64,000 nucleotides of DNA from Octopus sinensis (Eukaryota). This document shows, in pieces, positions 55,166 to 64,000 of the stretch. Every line of letters starts with the position of its first letter. Position 1 is the first letter of the stretch. Location: NCBI RefSeq assembly GCF_006345805.1, contig NC_043003.1, positions 27,776,001-27,840,000 of the forward strand, written 5' to 3'. Under the pieces are notes generated by a model. It was not told the origin of the DNA, ran no database searches, and saw only the letters and a program-made list of their open reading frames with translations. A program made the position numbers and the translations under genes.

Positions 55166-55518
55166 CATCATCATCATCATCATCATCATCAGCCGCGTTT
55201 AACGTCCGTTTTCCACGCTAGCATGGGTTGGGCGGTTCGACTGGGGTCTGGGAAGCCAGGAGGCTGCACCAGGGTCCAGTCTGATCTGGCAGTGTTCCTA
55301 CAGTTGGATGCCCTTCCTAACGCCAACCAGTCCATGAGTGTAGTGGGTGCTTTTTATGTGCGACTGGCACAGGGCCCAGAGGAGGCTGGCAAATGGCCAC
55401 GATCGGTTGGTGCTTTTACATGTCACCGACACGGACGCCAGGTCCGTTCAGACGGTACTTTTTACGTGTCACCGGCACATATATGTATATACATATATAT
55501 ATGCACACACACACATAT

Positions 55519-55595
<77 letters not shown>

Positions 55596-57097
55596 ATATA
55601 TATATATATATATATATCGATAGATAGATATATTCTACGCCCAGTATCATTTAATATATGACATACAACACTCAGTGTTTATTACAATTCTAAAACATCT
55701 GAGACAGATTTACTCTGAGATTTGTTTCTTTATTGTGTGTGTTTATTAATTTGTGTGCTCGTGTATTTATTAAATGTGTCTGTGCAAATGTATGTTTGTG
55801 TGTGTGTATGTGCATGCATATACTTTTTTGTGTATTTTTCCTAGGTCAAACCCAAGGAAAGTTTACTTGCTGTGTATTTTCACATACACACACACACACA
55901 CACTAACACACATGCACTCAACAACACACACATACAGACGATTCACTCCGACCATTAAAATGCATAAGAGTGTGATTCACTGAGAAGAAGACAAAACTAA
56001 CCAAAGTCACGCTCCAGTGGAATCAATGAACTTTCCACTCTGTCTCCATTATCACGGCTGTTTCTACCCTTACATTATTAGATTACATTGAGGTTAACTA
56101 GATTAGATTATGTGCCCCATTATAGTCTTCCTCTTATCAAATGAATTGAAGTCGTACTAGTTTCCCAAACCAACACTTTATGTAGTCAAATTTCACCACG
56201 ACTATAATGATTACAACCATTACTACTACTACGACTACTGTAACCAATACTACTATGACATTAACCATTACGGGGACTCCACCAACTACCACAACTGTGA
56301 ATATGACCACTCCTATGAATTATTGTCATCAGGCATTGTATACCTATTTTTTTTATTCACAGAGAGGGGACAAACAAGGACAGACAAACGGATTAACGCG
56401 ATTATATCGACCCCAGCGCATAACTGGTACTTAATTTATCGACCCCGAAAGGATGAAAGGCAAAGTCGACCTCGGCGGAATTTGAACTCAGAACGTAGCG
56501 GCAGACGAAATACCACTAAGCATTTCGCCCGGTGCGCTAACGATTCTGCCAGCTCGCCACCTTCAGCCAGCTTGCACCTTCCTTGTTGACTATTTCATCT
56601 CATATTTCTGTTGCAATACACCGACTTTATTTCAACTAATTTTTAAAATAACGAACAATTCAGTATAATAATTTTGTCGTAATCAAACCTTTAGCATTTA
56701 AATTGGTCATCTCTGGCCCAAATATGCGGTTTATGTTCTAACCAACCAGATGCAGCCAGTCACAGATATTCTTCAATGCTATTCTAAGAATAAACAATTA
56801 CATCATCAACATTTCAGAGCTATGAGATAACGTATGATTAATTAAAAACAATGTAATTGAGAAAGCATTGCATTTGACAGAATGAGCTGAATGCTAAATG
56901 GTTAAAGAGGTATTTGGGACACAAATTAGCATGACATTTTGATGGAAGATTTTAATTTAGATCACTTTAACCTTTTCATTACCATATTTCCATTAAACTA
57001 CATTGTCTCTTTCAATTAATTTTGAAATTGATAACAGATTTATCAAAATAACTCCGTCAGTATTAAGCTGATGTTTGGAAATTAAATTATCTCTTTT

Positions 57098-57290
57098 TTA
57101 CTCTTTTACCTGTTTCAGTCATTTGACTGTGGCCATGCTGGAGCACTGCCTTTAGTCGAGCAAATCGACCCCAGGACTTATTCTTTGTAAGCCTAGTACT
57201 TATTCTAGTACTCTTTTGCTGAACTGCTAAGTGATGGGGACGTAAACACACCAGCATCGTTTGTGAAGCAATGTTGTGGAGATAAATACA

Positions 57291-57330
<40 letters not shown>

Positions 57331-57356
57331 ACAGACACACACACGCGTGCGCGCAC

Positions 57357-57405
<49 letters not shown>

Positions 57406-57557
57406 CCCATATATATGACGGGCTTCTTTCAGTTTCCGTCTACCAAGTCCACTCGCAAGGCTTCGGTCAGCCCGAGGCAATAGTAGAAGGCATTTGCCCA
57501 AGGTGCCATGCAGTGGGACTGAACCCGGAACTGTGTGGCTGGTAAGCAAGCTACTTA
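57098..57557 (-). mobile_element. Family A SINE
   Basis: Head, core and tail present. Another full copy lies at 58434-58840(-). Confidence 0.85.
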
Positions 57558-57719
57558 CCATACAGCCACTCCTACACCTATTTGGTGAAATTTTGGTGGA
57601 AGATTTTAATTTAGATAACTTTAATATGGAAATTTCTATCAAGACCAAGAGCAGATTCGTGTGGGTTGGTATCAAAAGGGTTAAAAGCAGTAAGTTTGTG
57701 TCCAGAACTAAGGACAGTC

Positions 57720-58030
57720 TTAGGTAGTTTAGTAGTGTGAGTTCTCCAGCTGCCTCGCCACTTTCGCCTGACCAACTCTTGACATTGTCCATCCATTGCA
57801 TTCATTGCCTGTCTCTTGATCTACTACTCTCTACTTGTCCTTTCATTATAATCTTCTTCCAAACCTTTGCTTCCTCGAATATGGGTGTCTTGGTCTTTCA
57901 TCGACTTGTGCAAGTGCTCATTTGACCAATAGGCATTTATGGTTGTGAAGTATGGACTCTGAACAAATTTGAAGAGAACATAATCAACGCATTTAAAATG
58001 TGGGTGTGTAGGAGAATGTTGCAAGTTTCA
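57720..58030 (-). mobile_element. Old RTE-type LINE 3' fragment with inverted upstream part (57870-58030, plus)
   Basis: Plus: GIYGCEVWTLNKFEENIINAFKMWVCRRMLQVS. Minus: IMKGQVESSRSR..QWMDNVKSWSG. Confidence 0.6.
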
Positions 58031-58387
58031 TGAAGGACTCTTATTGACCACAACCAGTAAAATCATCGGCAAAGCTACAACTGTTACTACAACTGCTAGC
58101 ACAACCACTACAGCTATAACTACTAATAAAACCACTATTACTATTATCACTGCAATAGCTATAACCACTACTACAACAATAACTACTATTATCACTACTG
58201 CAACTATGATAGATATAACCTCAATGACAACTACTACTATTTCTATGACTACAACCAGTACATCTATTACAAGTATAACTGCTACTACAGTAAGCACTAC
58301 TACAACCACCATGTATATTTATATGTATATACATATATATGTATATATATGTATATATATAATATATATATATATGTGTGTGTATAT

Positions 58388-58435
<48 letters not shown>

Positions 58436-58877
58436 CTCTTTTACTCTCTTACTTGTTTCAGTCATTTGACTGCGGCCATGCTGGAGCACCGCCTTTAGTC
58501 GAGCAAATCAACCCTGGGACTTATTCTTTGTAAGCCCAGTACTTATTCTATCGGTCTCTTTGGCCGAACCGCTAAGTGACGGGTATGTAAACACACCAGC
58601 ATCGGTTGTCAAGCAATGCTAGGGGGACAAACACAGACACACAAACATATACACACACACTTATATATATATACATATATACGACAGGCTTCTTTCAGTT
58701 TCCGTCCCCCAAATCCACTCACAAGGCATTGGTCGGCCCGGGCCTATAGCAGAAGACACTTGCCCAAGATGCCACGCAGTGGGACTGAACCTGGAACCAT
58801 GTGGTTGGTTAGCAAGCTACTTACCACACAGCCACTCCTATATATCTATATATATATATAATATATATCTATAATAA

Positions 58878-58917
<40 letters not shown>

Positions 58918-58921
58918 ATAT

Positions 58922-59005
<84 letters not shown>

Positions 59006-59399
59006 GAGAGAGCGACTCTAGCACTAAAAATAGATCCATTGGGCTTCAGCCACATAAAAAAATGTTTACGAAGAATATTAGCACAACTACTGGCACAGAC
59101 AGGGCAAATAAACATAACAAAAATTCAAATTAGTTCGGGACAATTGTTTCGCTATCAATAAATTAATAAATTATGTAATTTTACTCACATAACATACCTT
59201 TATTTGTAGCTCCTCGGCCGAACCCATTCAGAATACAATTAACTCGACCGCACGCTTAGTGCTAGAGTAGACCACATAGTGGTCGCTCTCTTATATTTAT
59301 GAATAAAATGTATGAAAATCCGGGTTTTATATGCACTAAGCCACTTGGTGTTAAATGGATGTACTATTAAATTAGTATACAAATTTCTCACCCTCATTA

Positions 59400-60478
59400 G
59401 TTGTTTATATATATATATATTGAGCGGTGTTCCACAGGGCACACTGTCTTGGGACCACTGCTTTTTGTAGTGGCCCTCACAGATATGACCTCAAATGCCT
59501 TGAATAGCCACCCTTACAAGCTATGCAGATGATACGAAAGTCTCACAGGAAATACAGAACCTCAGCGATGTTGCACACTTGCAGCAAGAGTTGGACACAA
59601 TTTACAGATGGGTTGAGGATAATAATATGCAGTTTAATGCTGAAAAATTCCAGGCCCTGCGCTACCAGCATCAAAAACTGAATATGAAACTTACAGGGTA
59701 CACCAGTCCACAGGGAATTTCAATCCCAAAGCCTAAGTCAGTGAGGGACCTGGGTATCAACATGAGTAATGATACCTCTTTCCAAGTGCACATTACCAGG
59801 ATGGCGACAAAGTGCAGACGCCTAGCTGGATAGATCCTAAGAACATTCAGAATCAGAGATAAGGAAACCATGATGGTCCTCTGGCAGACATTCATGCTCA
59901 GCCGCCTGGATTACTGCTCACAGCTATGGTCATCCACCAGTGTGAAATTAACAGCGGAACTTGAAGCAATCCAGAGAAGATTTACAAAGAAGATCGTCTC
60001 TTTGCAACAGCTCAGCTACAGGGAAAGGTTGAAACAGCAAAGACTCTACTCCCTGGAAAAAAGACGGGAGAGGTATGCAGTAATATACATCTGGAAGATG
60101 CTAGATGGAATTGTGCCAAATTTTGGCATTGAAAGCTACACAAATGCCAGAACGGGACGACACTGCACAGTGCCAAAGATCCCAGCAATACCATCACGCT
60201 TCAGGACCAATTACTGAAACAGCCTGGGTTTCAGGGGCCCACAGCTTTTTAATATTCTCCCAAAGAGTCTGAGGGACCTACACAAAGTGGATGTAGGTGT
60301 TTTCAAATCAAAACTGGGTCTCTTCCTGTTGTGAGTCCCAGATGAACCTACCTCGCGGCAAGAGGTGTGAATGAGGGTAGCGACATCAAAATCCCTTATT
60401 CACCAAATGTCACATAATAAGAGTAGCAAAATGGCAGTGTCCCAGCATGGCCACAGCTCTGAGCTGAAACTTGATAAA
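59400..60478 (+). mobile_element. CR1/L2-group LINE 3' RT fragment
   Basis: SGVPQGT, YADDTKV, MQFNAEKFQ, VRDLGI, RLDYCSQLWS and YSLEKRRERY. Confidence 0.85.
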
Positions 60479-60486
60479 AATATATA

Positions 60487-62160
60487 AAGGGGTTGGACAA
60501 AATAATGGAAATACCTATCATCATAGAATCATAGCATCATAATTTTGAAATATCTATAAAACCGTCAAAAGCTTGTTTATTTTTATGTTTTTTATTTATT
60601 ATTAGTGTTAGTTAATATGTTTTGCTAAAATCGCTGTTTCTTTTCAGATATCATCAGAAAAAGGTAATTAGAATTCATTAAAATGACAGATCTATCAGAC
60701 TTTCAAAGAAGTCAAATTGTTGGTACTTGTATGGCAGGCACTAGTGTAACGAAAACAGCCAAAATGTTTGGTGTATCAAGAAGTACTGTCTCAAAAGTAA
60801 TGACAGCCTTTGAAAAAGAGGGAAAAACTTTGTCAAAACAAATCTCTGGAAGAAAACCAAAACTTTCAGATAGGGGCCGTCGGACTCTTATGCGAATTGC
60901 TAGAAAGGATCACAAAAGTACAGCTCCCAAAATTACTGCAGCGCTTACAGTTCTATGTTTAAGAGATGAGGAATTATGTACATTATTTACATTAGACAGA
61001 TATTTGTCCTCATCTTGTTTGTTGTTAACACAAAGTTTCCGCTGATATACTCTCCAGCCTTTATCAGGTGTCTTGGGGAAATTTTGAACCTGGATTCTCA
61101 TTCCTAAGGTATTTGTTGTTGTTGTTGTTGTTGTTGTTATGAAAGTCACTGCCTGGAATCGAACTCGGAATCTTGGGTTAGTAGCCCGTGCTCTTAACCA
61201 CTATGCCATATGGCGAGCCTAAATCAAAAGTGTCTTTACCACCCCGTGAACAACTATTCAGCCGAAACGTTGTGTTAACAACAAACAAGATGGGGACAAA
61301 TATCCGTCAAATATAAATAATGTAAATAATGTACTGCAGAGCTTAATGACCACCTCGAGAACCCAGTTTCCACAAAAACTGTTTGCCGGAGCTGCACAAA
61401 GCTGGATTTCACAGGAGGGCTGCTATCAGAAAACTACTACTTTAAAAACAAACGTTGCAAAGCGTTTAGAGTAGAGTAAAAATCTACAGAATTGGTCCCT
61501 AGAGCAGTGGAAGAATGTTATTTTCTCGGATGAGTCATCCTTTACCCTATTTCCGACCACTGGCCGAGTATACGTAAGGAGACAGCCAAAAGAAGCATTT
61601 GACCCAGACTGCCTTCTTCCAGCTTTTAAACTATTAAACATGGAAAGGGATCTGTGGTGATCTGGGCGCCGGGGGGAGGGGGGCTATATCTTGGAAATCC
61701 GCCGGCCCAATGGTTTCCCTTCAAGGCAGAATTATCAGTCAAGACTATTCAAGCATTTTATTTGGTCAAATTCATCCTATGATTGCAGAACTGTTTCTGG
61801 AGGGAAACGCAATCTTTCAGGATGATAATGCACCAATTCACAAAGCTAAAGTTGTTACTGAATGGCACGAGGAACATTCTAATGAAGTTGAACATCTTAT
61901 CTGACCACCACAGTCCCCAGAACTCAATATTAAGGTGCAAACAAGTAAGGAGTCAATATCCTCCACCGTCATCACTACAAGAACTGGAGACTGTTTAGAT
62001 GAAGAATAGACAAAAATTCCTTTGGAAACAATTTAAACTTCGTATGAGTCCATACCTCGTAGAATTCAAGCTGTAATTACTGCCAAAGGTGGTCCTACCC
62101 CATATTAAACTAAATTTGTTTGAAATTTTAAGGTGTTTCCATTATTTTGTCCAACCCCTG
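60487..62160 (+). mobile_element. Tc1-family transposon, full length, transposase pseudogene interrupted by an insertion
   Basis: TIRs aggggttggacaaaataatggaaa.acct at both ends with TA flanks. Paired-like HTH from 60683; VIFSDES, FQDDNAPIH and PPQSPELN. Confidence 0.93.
60942..61339 (-). mobile_element. tRNA-head SINE plus an inverted copy of its own tail, with 8-bp target duplication TACTGCAG
   Basis: TACTGCAG at 60934-60941 and 61332-61339; removing the insert restores the transposase KITAELNDHL. tRNA-like head at 61141-61212 (minus). Confidence 0.7.
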
Positions 62161-62715
62161 TATATATATAATTTATATATACAATATATGTCTCCGTCAA
62201 GTTATCTTTAATTATTCTTTCCCAGAATGTGTCTTTATTAGTTAGGAAATACAAAACATTTACTTTCATTTTAATTTCTAAGAAAATAATACGATATTGT
62301 CATATCATTTTCATTGAAAAACTTTTTATTTTCACTTTCATTTCCAAGAAAGAAACCCCTCCTACCCAGCAACCTCCACTACAATATATATTTACCGAAC
62401 TCCACCTACAATCGATTAGACAGGATCGAGTCGCCACGAAACACTAGTCTATACGACACATTTCAATCCCTCCAGATATTATTCAAGATTAAACAAGTCT
62501 GTCAACTTTCTCTGCATTTCATTTATTGGATTCGATAAGATAAAGAGCGTCTATCTACTGAAGTAAATATAAATTTTGATTCTACGTTTCTACAATTGTG
62601 TTTTCTCTGTGAATCTTAGAAATCACTAATTATATATTAACCAAAACACTTTCATTTTTATTACCCACAACATCAACTTCTTTATTAGATACGAAGTCGA
62701 TATTTATAAACCAAC

Positions 62716-63030
62716 ATGAAGCGCATGAATCCAAGAGATATCCGTTATACTCAGGATACAATCAAGCCTGAATTCCAAAACAGGAGATCATTAGATGATG
62801 TTATTAATGACATTAAACGTGGTAAAATTTCGCCTGACGATATAGAAGTTATGGACGTTTACCAAAGAGATGGAAAATACTATAGTGCCGGCAACAGGAG
62901 ACTTTATGTATTCAAACGAGTACAAGTAAGTAAACCATATTTGGAGGTTCCAGTTAATCTAAAACCAGATAGTTTTATTCCCAACTTCACAACAAAGAAT
63001 GATGGTTTGAGTGTAACAATCCGTGGCTAA
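62716..63030 (+). CDS. 104-aa single-exon protein, ParB/sulfiredoxin-like (polymorphic-toxin-like) domain; paralog B
   Basis: Intact ORF with an in-frame TAA at -9 and aacATG context. Motifs IRYTQDTI..F and MDVYQRDGKYYSAGNRRLY. Gapless alignment to paralog A. Confidence 0.8.
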   Translation: MKRMNPRDIRYTQDTIKPEFQNRRSLDDVINDIKRGKISPDDIEVMDVYQRDGKYYSAGNRRLYVFKRVQVSKPYLEVPVNLKPDSFIPNFTTKNDGLSVTIRG

Positions 63031-63779
63031 AATATGGAATACTACTCGTTCTGCAACATAAAGCAGCATGCTATGTGGGCACCTAAATTTCTTCGCATGT
63101 TTTTATCAAATTTTTAAAAGAGTCCTATCAGTAGAAGCGTTTCCCAACCTTATCTGGCATAACTATAGATGTGTACCCGCCAGCTTTGTTGCCTCATAAC
63201 TGCCAGAAAAATGGATGAATTTTTAACAAATACCACTTAGATGCTATAGATTCAGAGTATATAGGGATTTGTGGGAAAGAAATTTCCGATGTGGAGAGGA
63301 GTTTCGAAAAATTCACACGATCCGACTCTTCTCCCTTATAACTTTCATGAAATTTCATGCAAATAGCTTTCAAACGGCATAGCTTATAAAGTAATTAGTG
63401 GAGAAAATTTTTTCTGTACACACCTGTAGTTAAGCTCCTCATCTCACCGTATTCAACAATGATATATTCTCCGTTAGTAATACATTCTGATACTGAAGTT
63501 CCAGCTTAAATCGTGTCGTATCTCAGCCAAGTTGTTAATCAGGATTTATTTACAAAACAGGACACTAAAAGATTGTCGTTCAACCACAAATATCTGGACA
63601 AAATCATGGTAGATTCTTGCAATATGATTTCTTTAAATATTGACTCTGCCAACTTACTCTCCTCAAATATTTCACCCGTCAGTGACATCATGACAAAGAA
63701 ATGGATAAAAGTAAAAGGAAAAAAAAAAAAAGAAACTGCTCATGATGATTTTACATATACACATGACCTATGTTACATA

Positions 63780-63802
63780 CACTACATACTCCCATACATA
63801 AC

Positions 63803-63834
<32 letters not shown>

Positions 63835-63859
63835 GTATATATATATATATGTATGTATA

Positions 63860-63895
<36 letters not shown>

Positions 63896-63941
63896 AATAT
63901 ATACATATATATATATATATATGTATAAATATATATATATG

Positions 63942-63993
<52 letters not shown>

Positions 63994-64000
63994 TGTATAT
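63780..64000. repeat. (TA)-rich microsatellite
   Basis: Directly visible. Confidence 0.95.

Noticed and set aside
58028-58469. Thr-rich mucin-like ORF (also 54103-54466 and 56207-56434)
   Set aside because: Degenerate (ACT/ACA)n repeats running into microsatellite.

Overview
AT-rich eukaryotic DNA dense in microsatellites and transposons. The SINE families resemble the Octopus tRNA-derived SINEs, so the taxon is inferred as a coleoid cephalopod. Most ORFs in the supplied track are microsatellite artefacts or TE fragments. Recognisable elements: two CR1/L2-group LINE fragments, three RTE LINEs each with an inverted 5' segment, a near-full-length Tx1/L1 LINE inside a (TC)n tract, a CRE-type restriction-like-endonuclease LINE fragment, two Penelope-like fragments, mariner and Tc1 transposons, Helitron-type non-autonomous elements, many SINEs, and a 35-bp minisatellite. 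Two signals stand out. (1) A head-to-head pair of small intronless paralogous ORFs (44265-44585 minus, 62716-63030 plus) with a ParB/sulfiredoxin-like toxin-domain motif; their coding sequence is more diverged than their non-coding flanks. (2) A family of 594-nt tandem non-coding repeats at two loci carrying type I hammerhead ribozymes with covarying stems, plus several other hammerhead motifs. All alignments and counts were done by eye; family names are not database-verified.
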